DNA of 64,000 nt from Candidatus Hydrogenedentota bacterium. Lineage in GTDB: Bacteria; Hydrogenedentota; Hydrogenedentia; Hydrogenedentales; SLHB01. Position 1 is the first letter of the stretch, and each line of letters opens with the position of its first letter. Below the pieces are notes generated by a model. The model searched no databases. It was not told where the DNA came from and saw only the letters and a list, made by a program, of their open reading frames with translations. The stretch spans positions 15,755 to 79,754 of the forward strand of contig BTVY01000023.1 in assembly GCA_045863335.1 (NCBI GenBank). The letters are read 5' to 3'. A program made the translations under genes and the position numbers. Below, one piece after another: positions 45,325-54,227 of this stretch.

Positions 45325-48312
45325 ATGGCGCGTTCGATTTGGATTCTAGTGTTGACGTTGGGTCTCTGGTCGGGCGCGGCTTGGTGCCAGGCCGTGGAGG
45401 ATGCGCCCGTCCCGGAGAAGGTCTATCAGGGCGACCTCATCGCCTATCCCGGACCGTGGGCCTTTGAACTGGGGCGTCCGCACATCATCCTCGTAAGCGA
45501 CGAGGAGTTAGAATTCCTCTCCGACCCTGACAAGGTCTTCAATATGACCACGGGCCGCAACCCGCGCGAAGACTCGCTGCGATCCATTTGCGAACGCGCC
45601 CAGGCCGCCGGGCATCCGACGCTCGTCATCGCATTCGACCATTTCTTCAGCCAATACCGTCCCGGCCAGGAAGGGAAGCCGCGCCGCCTCACGCCGGACA
45701 TGGACGAGTACGTGGAGCGCATGACCGCCATCGCGAAGTTCGCCCAAGGCTACGGGCTTGGCCTGGAGCTGAGCCTGTTGAGCCCCCTCGAAATCGGGCC
45801 CGCCTACCGCGCCGCCACGGGCGAGTCGGGCGTATGGATGCATTACCGGAAAGGCGTGCGCGACCCGGAGACCGGCGCGTTCAGCGTGCAGCTCTGGCAA
45901 CACCAGCGCTGGTCCAACAACAAAGGCCCCATCGACCTCGAAGATGCGGGCGTGCGTGTGTTTGCGTTCAACGAGCGCGGCGTCCGCGGAACGCCGTACC
46001 GCGTCGTCGATCCCGCGTCCATCATTGAGATTACGGACGTGGCAAAGGTGGAGCCGTGGGACGGCGCCGTTCGCACTGCCGGCGACTTCCGCGCGCGGCG
46101 GGTCCGCATCCATGGCGAAGGACGCACGGAGATTGGCAATCTCGATCGCGTGCTGGTCGTGCAGGTTTACCGTACGCCGGAGATGGACTATTTCAGCGAC
46201 CAGGCCCTGCCCTTTCTCAAAGGACTCATCGACAAGTACGCCGACGCGGGCGTAAAACTCAACGGCCTCTACTCCGACGAGATGCACATCCAGCAGGACT
46301 GGGGGTACTTCAACCACCACGACAACGGCGAATTCGCGGTGCGCTACGTAAGCCCGGGCATTGTGAACAAGTTCGCGGACCGCTATGGCGAGGAGTACCG
46401 CGACTTCGCGAAGTACCTGGTCTATTTCTGCTACGGCCAGGAAGACACCATGCACGATCTCAGCGCGAAGCAAGGCGTCATGCACGCCTTCGGCGATTCG
46501 CCGGAAGCCATCGCACAGACGGCCTTGTTCCGCGCGCGGTACTACCACTTCCTGCAAGATGGCGTTGTCGATCTCTTCGCTGCGGCGAAGGATCATGCCG
46601 AACGCCGCATGGGACATCGCCTCCACGCGCGCGCCCACGCCACCTGGGCTGAGAGTCCTACTATCGACAAGTGGAACACGGGCCGCCTGCCTCATGCGCG
46701 GAATCAGTACGAGTACACCTCCAACTTCCTCTGGTCCGATACGGTCCACCAAGCGACCTCGGCCTGTTACGACTACTTCAAGTGGGGCGACTTTCTCACG
46801 GGAAACGGCAACGACCACGCCGAGGGCGGCTGGCTCGACCGAAACTATTTCGCCATGGCGCTCGCGTGTTCGACGGGAATTCTGAACGAGGTGCCCTACT
46901 CCTACGCCGCTCATTGGGGTATGCCGCATGAACTGGCGCAACGGCGCCACGCCTTGGTCGACGTGTACGGCGCGGCGGCGTCGCCTCCCTTCATGCTCGT
47001 GGAAGAGGCGCAACACCGCGACACGGACGTGCTCATGCTGTATCCAATCGACCTCGTTGCGGCGGAAGAACGCTTCGGAAGCTGGATGACGCAGTACGGC
47101 TACGCGAACTACATCACCCAGGCGAAACTGCTCGAACGCGGCGTCGTGAAGAATGGCGCCATTGAAGTTGCTGGACGACGGTTCACAACCCTCGTCACGC
47201 TCTTCGAACCCTTCCCGAGCCCGGCGCTCATGACCATGATGAACGACCTCGCCGCGCAAGGTGGACGCGTGATCTGGTCGGGTCCACCGCCGGTGCTGGA
47301 CGCCGAGGGCAGTCCGGTCACGGCCGCGTGGAACGATCTCTTCGGCGTGGAATCCACGCCTGAACCCGGTGACGGGCTTATCGTCCCGGGCCGGGAGATC
47401 CAATTCGCAGGACCCCTGGCGCAGGTGCCCGCGCAAGCGATTCTGACGGACTTCATCGTGGACCGCATCTATCCCGTGACCGCGCGTGAAGGTGCCGCGG
47501 TCGCAGCAACCGTGCAGGACTGGACCGTCGGCGCCGTGCGGGCCACCGAATCCGGCGGCAGCCTGACCTATCTTGGGTTCCGCCCTCGTGACGATCAGGC
47601 GGCCAGCCTGGGCTATGAAACCCGCACTTGGTTCGAGGTGCTGAACGCGCTTGGCGCCTATCCCGCGTCGGGGGCCTTCGAAGGTATTAACGACAATCCC
47701 GACTACCTATCGCGCACGACCGAGTACCTGGTAGGCCGCTTCCCGAACGGTACCGTCGCAATCGCGCCCCACTTCCGCGCCATGGAAGAAGGCTGGCCCG
47801 GCGGGTTCGCGCGCAACGAAGAAGAGGACGCCGCGTATCTCACCGCAAATCCTCCGCCTTCCGACGCGCTGCAATTGCGGGACTTCAAAGCCTGGGGTCA
47901 TACGATTACCTACGAAGGTACGGGCGCCATGGCGTTCCGCCTGGACGACACGAACCGGCTCGTTGCCTTTGCCGGGTCCGGCTCCAACGCCGTCACCCTC
48001 GACGGTCAGACGCACACCTTCACCGACGGATCGCTCGCGCGTGTGGCGTGGGCGCCGGTCGCCGAAGCGCGTAAGGTCCCCGGCGGCGCTCTGGTTCAAA
48101 TCCTCGCCCACGGCAACGGCACGCTGCGCATTCCCGCAGCCAACATTCCGGCTGACGCGGTGGTCGTAGCCCAAGGCGCCACACCGGGCAGCCGCGGCGC
48201 GGTGGTCGAATCAACGCGCGAGGGCGACTATCTGCTGGTGACGATCGGGCCCGGATCTTCCGGCCGCTGGCTGTTTGCCGGTCCCGCGAGTCCGGCGCCG
48301 ACGGCTTCCTAG
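45325..48312 (+). CDS. Large secreted hypothetical protein (~1000 aa), possible carbohydrate-active enzyme
   Basis: Signal peptide MARSIWILVLTLGLWSGAAWCQA. No confident family; neighbours are esterase, GH95 and sulfatase. Confidence 0.4.
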   Translation: MARSIWILVLTLGLWSGAAWCQAVEDAPVPEKVYQGDLIAYPGPWAFELGRPHIILVSDEELEFLSDPDKVFNMTTGRNPREDSLRSICERAQAAGHPTLVIAFDHFFSQYRPGQEGKPRRLTPDMDEYVERMTAIAKFAQGYGLGLELSLLSPLEIGPAYRAATGESGVWMHYRKGVRDPETGAFSVQLWQHQRWSNNKGPIDLEDAGVRVFAFNERGVRGTPYRVVDPASIIEITDVAKVEPWDGAVRTAGDFRARRVRIHGEGRTEIGNLDRVLVVQVYRTPEMDYFSDQALPFLKGLIDKYADAGVKLNGLYSDEMHIQQDWGYFNHHDNGEFAVRYVSPGIVNKFADRYGEEYRDFAKYLVYFCYGQEDTMHDLSAKQGVMHAFGDSPEAIAQTALFRARYYHFLQDGVVDLFAAAKDHAERRMGHRLHARAHATWAESPTIDKWNTGRLPHARNQYEYTSNFLWSDTVHQATSACYDYFKWGDFLTGNGNDHAEGGWLDRNYFAMALACSTGILNEVPYSYAAHWGMPHELAQRRHALVDVYGAAASPPFMLVEEAQHRDTDVLMLYPIDLVAAEERFGSWMTQYGYANYITQAKLLERGVVKNGAIEVAGRRFTTLVTLFEPFPSPALMTMMNDLAAQGGRVIWSGPPPVLDAEGSPVTAAWNDLFGVESTPEPGDGLIVPGREIQFAGPLAQVPAQAILTDFIVDRIYPVTAREGAAVAATVQDWTVGAVRATESGGSLTYLGFRPRDDQAASLGYETRTWFEVLNALGAYPASGAFEGINDNPDYLSRTTEYLVGRFPNGTVAIAPHFRAMEEGWPGGFARNEEEDAAYLTANPPPSDALQLRDFKAWGHTITYEGTGAMAFRLDDTNRLVAFAGSGSNAVTLDGQTHTFTDGSLARVAWAPVAEARKVPGGALVQILAHGNGTLRIPAANIPADAVVVAQGATPGSRGAVVESTREGDYLLVTIGPGSSGRWLFAGPASPAPTAS

Positions 48313-48335
48313 TCGCCCGCCAACCGGATGGCGTC

Positions 48336-48381
48336 TTTACAACCGCCTCCAATGTGTATTACGATTAGAATATTCGTAATA
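48336..48381 (+). promoter_or_regulatory. Candidate promoter (TTTACA-N15-TATTAC) with overlapping palindromic operator TATTACGA-N9-TCGTAATA upstream of cbiM
   Basis: AT-rich island in the GC-rich intergenic region. 8-bp perfect inverted repeat arms at 48357-48381. Confidence 0.3.
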
Positions 48382-48418
48382 CGTTACGTCAGTCGATACT
48401 TGAGGACCACCATCTTTC

Positions 48419-49054
48419 ATGCATCTCGCGGAAGGCATCGTACCCTTGCCCGTGCTCGCCGGCGGCGCTGTACTCGCCGCAAGCGGAGTCGCCATCGGAT
48501 TGCGCAAGCTGGACGAGGAACGAATCGTGCCGGTCGCGGTGATGGCATCATCCTTGTTCGTGGCGTCGTTGATTCACGTGCCGGTTGGACCAGCCTCCGC
48601 GCACCTTGTCATGAACGGACTCGCAGGACTCATCCTGGGTTGGGCGGTGTTCCCCGCCATGCTGGTCGCCCTGTTGTTGCAGGCGCTGTTCTTCGGCTAT
48701 GGCGGCTTGACGACGCTCGGCGTCAATACGCTGAACATGGCCCTGCCGGGCGTGCTCTGTTTTCTGCTCTTGCGCCCGCTGATGTATGGCGGCCGTTCCG
48801 TTTTTGTCGTGGGCTTTTTCGCGGGTGCGCTCGCCGTCGCCCTTGCCTGCACGATGCTGTGCCTGACCCTGCTCACCGCCGGCCGCGGTATCGTCCCGCT
48901 CGCCCAGGGCGTCTTTCTTGCCCACGTTCCGGTGATGCTCGTCGAAGGTCTCGTCACCGGATCGGCCGTATCGTTCCTCTACCGGGTGCGGCCTGAGACG
49001 TTTGCCCTGTGGTCCAAACCCGAATGGAGCGCCGCTCATGCGCCAGTGTCTTGA
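48419..49054 (+). CDS. cbiM: ECF-type Ni/Co transporter substrate-capture component CbiM/NikM
   Basis: N-terminal MHLAEG (M-H-x-x-E-G metal-binding N-terminus) and multiple TM helices. Confidence 0.65.
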   Translation: MHLAEGIVPLPVLAGGAVLAASGVAIGLRKLDEERIVPVAVMASSLFVASLIHVPVGPASAHLVMNGLAGLILGWAVFPAMLVALLLQALFFGYGGLTTLGVNTLNMALPGVLCFLLLRPLMYGGRSVFVVGFFAGALAVALACTMLCLTLLTAGRGIVPLAQGVFLAHVPVMLVEGLVTGSAVSFLYRVRPETFALWSKPEWSAAHAPVS

Positions 49055-49676
49055 TCGATACGGTTTGATGCGGGGTTTCGCGCTTACGTTTTTGCTGGCT
49101 GCTGCTGCGCCGTTGGCGGGCGCACATGCGTTGCATCTTTTTGCCTCCGTCTCTGGCGATCACATCGAAGGTAAGGCGTATTACTCGGACAGTCCGGCCG
49201 CCGGCATTGCCGTCACCGTACTCGGGCCTGATGATGAAGTCCTTGCCACGGTCCGTTCGGACGTATCCGGCACCTTCACATGGCATCCAACGAAGCGCTG
49301 CGATCTCCGATTCGTCGCGGAAACGGAAGACGGTCATCGAACCGTATTCACTATTGCGGCGGAAGAATTACCCGGATCGCTTCCCCCCCCGGAACCGGAA
49401 TCCGTGCCAAGCGTGGTCACAGCAACAGATGGATCAGACGGATCCGACCGATCCGACCGATCGGTCCGATCGCAAAACAGCGGCCCGTCCCCTGCCGATC
49501 TCGAGCGTCTTGTTGCGGAAGCCGTGAGTCGTGAAGTGGCCCCCCTCCGCGAGCAACTGGATGCCGCCGCGCACCGCACCCAGCTTCGTGATGTCATCGG
49601 GGGCATAGGCTACATCGCCGGCGTTGCCGGACTCTTCGCGTTGTGGAAACGCCGGACGAGCCGGAGCGATCGTTGA
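49038..49676 (+). CDS. Accessory periplasmic/membrane-anchored component of the Ni/Co ECF transporter (CbiN/NikL-like, uncertain)
   Basis: Signal peptide, beta-rich domain, Ser/Asp-rich linker (DGSDGSDRSDRS), C-terminal TM anchor. Start ambiguous (49038 or 49068). Confidence 0.35.
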   Translation: MRQCLDRYGLMRGFALTFLLAAAAPLAGAHALHLFASVSGDHIEGKAYYSDSPAAGIAVTVLGPDDEVLATVRSDVSGTFTWHPTKRCDLRFVAETEDGHRTVFTIAAEELPGSLPPPEPESVPSVVTATDGSDGSDRSDRSVRSQNSGPSPADLERLVAEAVSREVAPLREQLDAAAHRTQLRDVIGGIGYIAGVAGLFALWKRRTSRSDR

Positions 49677-49677
49677 C

Positions 49678-50427
49678 GTGTTTACCGATGCCTTTCTCAA
49701 TATTGAATCGCCCATTCATCGCCTCGACGCCCGCGCGCGCGTGGCCGCCGCGATCGTTCTGTCCATTGCAGTCGCTGCTGTGGCCAGTCCGGCGGCATTG
49801 GCGCTGGGCCTGGCGGGTGCGATTGCGCTGGCCGTCGCCGCCCGGCTGCCGCTTCGACCCACATTGCGGCGGCTGCTTCCCCTGAATCTTTTCCTGGCCA
49901 TACTCGTCTTGCTGTTGCCCCTGACCACGCCGGGCCCCGCACTCTTTCACGTGCATACCGCGGCATTCACGTGGCCGGGACTTCTTGCGGGCCTGGCAAT
50001 CGCCGCACGCGCCAACGCCATCGTACTGATCGTCACCGCGCTGCTCACGACGATGGAAGCCGCCGAACTCGCGCGCGCACTCCGGTCGCTTCGCGTGCCG
50101 CCCGCGCTCGTAACGCTCTTTCTTTTGACGGGCCGATATGTCTTCGTGCTGCAGACCGAATACCAGCGCCTTCGCCGCGCCATGGGGGTGCGCGCTTTTC
50201 GGCCGCGCACCAACCGTCACACCTTGCGCGCCTTGGGCAATCTCGTCGGCATGCTCGTTGTGAAGGGATTCGACCGCTCGGAACGCGTGTACCAGGCCAT
50301 GAAATGCCGCGGTTATACAGGAGTCTTCCCCACGCGCGAACCGGCGCAGTGGGCGTTGCACGACGCGGTGTTTGGCTGCGGGACCGCAACGTTCGTCATG
50401 GTGATGCTGTGGGCGAACTCGCTGTAA
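49678..50427 (+). CDS. cbiQ: ECF transporter transmembrane (T) component CbiQ
   Basis: Polytopic membrane protein between cbiM/N and the ATPase. GTG start immediately after the upstream stop. Confidence 0.55.
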   Translation: MFTDAFLNIESPIHRLDARARVAAAIVLSIAVAAVASPAALALGLAGAIALAVAARLPLRPTLRRLLPLNLFLAILVLLLPLTTPGPALFHVHTAAFTWPGLLAGLAIAARANAIVLIVTALLTTMEAAELARALRSLRVPPALVTLFLLTGRYVFVLQTEYQRLRRAMGVRAFRPRTNRHTLRALGNLVGMLVVKGFDRSERVYQAMKCRGYTGVFPTREPAQWALHDAVFGCGTATFVMVMLWANSL

Positions 50428-51077
50428 ACGGCGCCTGCGTCGTCCTGGACGGTGTGACCTTCGGCTACGGCCCGAACCGTCCAGTACTCCGTTCGCTTGA
50501 CCTTACACTGCGCGCGGGCGAGCGCGTGGGGTTGATTGGCGCAAACGGTTCCGGCAAGACCACCCTGCTGCATCTTCTCGTCGGTCTTCGCAAACCGTCC
50601 GCCGGAAGGATCACATGCTTTGGCACGCCCCGCACCACGGAATCGGATTTTCGGGACCTGCGCAAACGCGCCGGACTGCTCTTCCAGGATTCCGACGATC
50701 AACTCTTCTGCCCCACCGTCGGCGAAGATGTCATGTTCGGACCGCTGAACCTCGGCAAGACGCACGCGGAAGCGCGTGCGATCGCGTCTGAGACGCTGCG
50801 ACGGATCGGCCTCGCGAACTACGAATCGCGCGTTACTTACCGTCTCTCTGGCGGTGAAAAACGCCTGGTCGCTCTCGCCACGGTGCTCGCCATGCAGCCG
50901 GACGTGCTGCTCCTCGACGAACCCCTCACCGGCCTTGACGAGGAACACGAAACCCGCATCACCGAGATCTTGCTGGACCTTCCCCAGGCCATGCTTATCG
51001 TCTCCCACAATCGCGAGTTCCTCGCGCGCGTCGCACAACGCACCTATGTACTACGAAACGGATCGCTGGAAGAATAG
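50409..51077 (+). CDS. cbiO: ECF transporter ATPase CbiO
   Basis: Walker A GANGSGKTT, signature LSGGEKRL, Walker B LLLDEP. GTG start overlaps the cbiQ end. Confidence 0.8.
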   Translation: MGELAVNGACVVLDGVTFGYGPNRPVLRSLDLTLRAGERVGLIGANGSGKTTLLHLLVGLRKPSAGRITCFGTPRTTESDFRDLRKRAGLLFQDSDDQLFCPTVGEDVMFGPLNLGKTHAEARAIASETLRRIGLANYESRVTYRLSGGEKRLVALATVLAMQPDVLLLDEPLTGLDEEHETRITEILLDLPQAMLIVSHNREFLARVAQRTYVLRNGSLEE

Positions 51078-51087
51078 GCACACACTT

Positions 51088-51157
51088 TTGAAATCCTCAC
51101 GAACCGGGTGTATAAGGCAATCGGAATTCAGTCCCCACCCTGTGCGCATCTGAATTT
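51088..51157 (+). promoter_or_regulatory. Candidate sigma-70 promoter TTGAAA-N17-TATAAG followed by inverted repeat GAATTCAG-N18-CTGAATTT
   Basis: Promoter at 51088-51116. The IR (51124-51157) lies at the predicted transcript start of the phosphoesterase gene; a third AATTCAG sits at 51188. Confidence 0.3.
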
Positions 51158-51215
51158 CATTTCCACACGCGAAGTTGAAGTAAATGCAATTCAGAACTAC
51201 AAGGATCGTCCTTTC

Positions 51216-53960
51216 ATGAGAACCACTCTTGTCATCGCCCTGACCGCATTCGTGCTTGCCGCCGCCGATGCCGCAGAACCCCTGCTCATGCGCGCGCCTT
51301 CCGGCGAAGCCTATGTCGAGCTGAACGAAACCGGCCGCACCATCCTTCCGAACGGGCGCTTCATCACACCCACCGGCACGATGATCCGCGTGCAGCCGCA
51401 CCCGTACGGCCTGACCATGAGCGAGGACGGACGCTGGGTAGTGGCGGTGTGCAGCGACGATCCTCAATTGGCCATCCTCGATCTCGCGAACCCTGGCGAA
51501 CCCCTCCTCTCGCACATCCCTGAAAACCTCGGCGAAGGCGAGGGCGTGCTGGACGCTGCCTTCATGGGCGCCGCGGTCGACCCTGCAAACAAGGTGGTCT
51601 ACATCGCGGGCGGCGGCGACTGGAGCGTCGTGGCCTTCGACCTGGAAACGCGGGAACGCCTTTTCCGGATCGACTGCGCCCACGAGAATGAGGACGGCGA
51701 TTTCACCTTCGGATACACCGGCGACCTGCGCCTCTCCGCCGACGGGAAGACGATCTACGCGGTCGACCAGTCGAACTTCCGCTTTCTCATTATCGATGTG
51801 GAATCGCAATCCCTGCGCAAGTCCATCGGCGTCGGGCGGTACCCCTTTGGGATTACTTTGTCGCCGGACGGCAAGAAGGCCTACGTCGCCAACGTGGGCA
51901 TGTTCGAGTACTCCTACGTGCGCGACGAAAAGGGCGGTATCGCTTCGCTCGAATTTCCTCCGTACGGCGTGCCGTCCAAGGATGCAAAGCGCGGCGTGGA
52001 GATCGACGGCAAAAAAGTCGAAGGCCTCGGCGATCCCAATGACATTCGCGGCATGTCCGTCTGGACGGTCGACATCTCCAAACCCGGCAAGGAGAAGGTC
52101 GTCGGCAAAACGAAGACCGGTCATCTCGTGGGCGAGAAGCTGGAAGACTTCCCGGCGGTGGGCGGCAGCAGTCCAAATTCCATGGCCGCCACCGAGAAGT
52201 ACGTCTACGTCTCCAACGGCAGCAATGACAGCATCAGCGTCATCAATCCCAAAAGCGGCAAGCGGCAGCACGACATCGATCTCGTGCTGGATTCCCGCGT
52301 CAATCACATCCGCGGCATGATCCCCTTCGGCGTGGCGCTCTCGCCGGATCGGGAGATCCTCTATGTCGCCGAGGCCGGTATCAACGCCATCGGTGTCGTG
52401 CGTCTGTCCGACGAAAAGGTGCTGGGCCATATCCCGACGGCGTGGTTCCCGAGCAAGCTTGCGGTTTCGCCCGACGGTAAGCGGCTCTACGTGGCCTGCG
52501 CGAAAGGCATCGGGTCGGGACCGAACGCGGGCCCCGGACACAAGGCCGGCGACCCGACCGGCATCGGCGCGCTTATGCGGGGGTACATCAACATCATCGA
52601 TCTCCCGCAATCCCAGGAAGCACTCGACGCCATGACGCGGCAAGTCATCGAAAACAACGTGGAGTTCTATGCCTTGTCCGATGACACTCGCCCGCAGGGA
52701 CATCCCGTCCCGCCCGCGCCCGGCACGTGGGAAAGCCCCATCAAGCACGTCATCTACGTGACAAAAGAGAACCGGACCTATGACGAGGTCTTCGGCGCGC
52801 TGCCGGGCGGCCGCGGCGACGCGGAATTATGCCGGCTTGGCAGACCTATTGACGTCTCGAACAAAGACAATTCGCGCACGGTGAAGGATGTCGTGCTCAT
52901 GCCGAATCACGTGGCCCTCGCAAAACGCTTCGCCGTCAGCGACAATTTCTATTGCGACTCCGACCACTCCGTCGACGGCCACCGCTGGCTCGTCGGCACC
53001 TACCCCAACGAGTTCATGGAAGCCAAGATCGGCGAAAACGCCAAGGGCGACGGCCCCGGCAACCACATGTTCATCGGCTCGTCCGGCGCGATTTATCCGG
53101 AGGACTACAATGAGGCGGGCGCGATCTGGGAACACTTCGCGCGGGGCGAACTGCGCTTCCGCAACTACGGTCTCGGTTTCGAGTTCAAGCCCCAACTCGA
53201 AGAGCAGGAGTACAAGTACACGGGCATCCGCCTGCCCATCAACTATCCCATGCCGGAGGTCTTGTTCCAGAACACCTCGCGCGAATTCGCCACCTACAAC
53301 ACGAGCGTGCCCGACCAGTTCCGCATGGACATGTTCCAGAAGGAATTCGAAGAGCGCTGGCTCAGCGGCAAAGAAGAATTCCCCGACATCATCACCATGA
53401 TGTTGCCCAACGACCACGGCGCTGGCGAACGGCCTGACGACGGGTATCCCTTCTGGGGATCCTACATGAGCGACAACGATCTCGCGCTGGGCCGGCTCGT
53501 CGAACTCATCAGTCACAGTCCATTCTGGAAGAACACGATCATCATGGTCACCGAAGACGACGCCCAAGGCTACCGCGACACCGTCGATGCCCATCGCTCC
53601 ATCTGCATGGTCATTGGACCCTACGCAAAGCGGGGATATGTTTCTCACCAACACGTGAGCATGTCGAGCATGCTGAAAACCATGTTCCTTATTCATGGCT
53701 TGCCCGCGCTGAACCAGTACGACGGATTCGCCACGGACCTCGCCGACATGTTCACCATGGAGCCCGCGAACGCCGAACCTTACAACGCCCTTCCCGTGAA
53801 CGCGGAGATCTTCGATCCGCAGAAAGCCTTCGATCCCCTGGACGAAGAGTTCGACTGGGAAGCCGCTACCGAGTACACCTCGGTCGACGACCAGGAATAC
53901 CTCGACACCGATCCCTACGGCCACAGCGGCGAGTCCGGCCACGTGGCCCGGACGGAGTAG
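51216..53960 (+). CDS. Secreted fusion: YVTN-type beta-propeller + phosphoesterase (PlcN/AcpA, PF04185-like) domain
   Basis: Signal peptide; repeated SPDGKxxYVAN propeller blades. The C-terminal domain begins with the hallmark VTKENRTYDEVFG (ENRSFDhyFG). Confidence 0.7.
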   Translation: MRTTLVIALTAFVLAAADAAEPLLMRAPSGEAYVELNETGRTILPNGRFITPTGTMIRVQPHPYGLTMSEDGRWVVAVCSDDPQLAILDLANPGEPLLSHIPENLGEGEGVLDAAFMGAAVDPANKVVYIAGGGDWSVVAFDLETRERLFRIDCAHENEDGDFTFGYTGDLRLSADGKTIYAVDQSNFRFLIIDVESQSLRKSIGVGRYPFGITLSPDGKKAYVANVGMFEYSYVRDEKGGIASLEFPPYGVPSKDAKRGVEIDGKKVEGLGDPNDIRGMSVWTVDISKPGKEKVVGKTKTGHLVGEKLEDFPAVGGSSPNSMAATEKYVYVSNGSNDSISVINPKSGKRQHDIDLVLDSRVNHIRGMIPFGVALSPDREILYVAEAGINAIGVVRLSDEKVLGHIPTAWFPSKLAVSPDGKRLYVACAKGIGSGPNAGPGHKAGDPTGIGALMRGYINIIDLPQSQEALDAMTRQVIENNVEFYALSDDTRPQGHPVPPAPGTWESPIKHVIYVTKENRTYDEVFGALPGGRGDAELCRLGRPIDVSNKDNSRTVKDVVLMPNHVALAKRFAVSDNFYCDSDHSVDGHRWLVGTYPNEFMEAKIGENAKGDGPGNHMFIGSSGAIYPEDYNEAGAIWEHFARGELRFRNYGLGFEFKPQLEEQEYKYTGIRLPINYPMPEVLFQNTSREFATYNTSVPDQFRMDMFQKEFEERWLSGKEEFPDIITMMLPNDHGAGERPDDGYPFWGSYMSDNDLALGRLVELISHSPFWKNTIIMVTEDDAQGYRDTVDAHRSICMVIGPYAKRGYVSHQHVSMSSMLKTMFLIHGLPALNQYDGFATDLADMFTMEPANAEPYNALPVNAEIFDPQKAFDPLDEEFDWEAATEYTSVDDQEYLDTDPYGHSGESGHVARTE

Positions 53961-54033
53961 CAGGCCGTATCTCTCCAACTAACAATAGGCTTGATACGTT
54001 GAATAACCCGTGACTGGAGACGATATTTCTCAA

Positions 54034-54110
54034 AATCGCTATCGGGATCGGGATCGAAATCGTGCGGCACTTCGATACCGATCCCGATAGCGATACCGAT
54101 ACCGATGAGG
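54034..54110. repeat. Long near-perfect inverted repeat (24-bp arms of GATCGG/CCGATC units, 1 mismatch, 12-bp loop)
   Basis: atcgctatcgggatcgggatcgaa-atcgtgcggcac-ttcgataccgatcccgatagcgat, then further (gatacc)n. Several GATC sites. Confidence 0.5.
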
Positions 54111-54227
54111 CCGTGAACGCGAACCGCAGTCGTTTCCAATCATGGACATCACCCCCGCCATTCGATAGGATAAGGGGAATCGAGACGAACGGGCGCATTC
54201 CGCCAATCCAGGAAGGGACGTGCAACG

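Noticed and set aside
48313-48418. Cobalamin riboswitch upstream of the cbiM cluster.
   Set aside because: The region is only ~105 nt and lacks a B12-box (GCCACTG) or other conserved riboswitch blocks. Interpreted instead as promoter plus palindromic operator.
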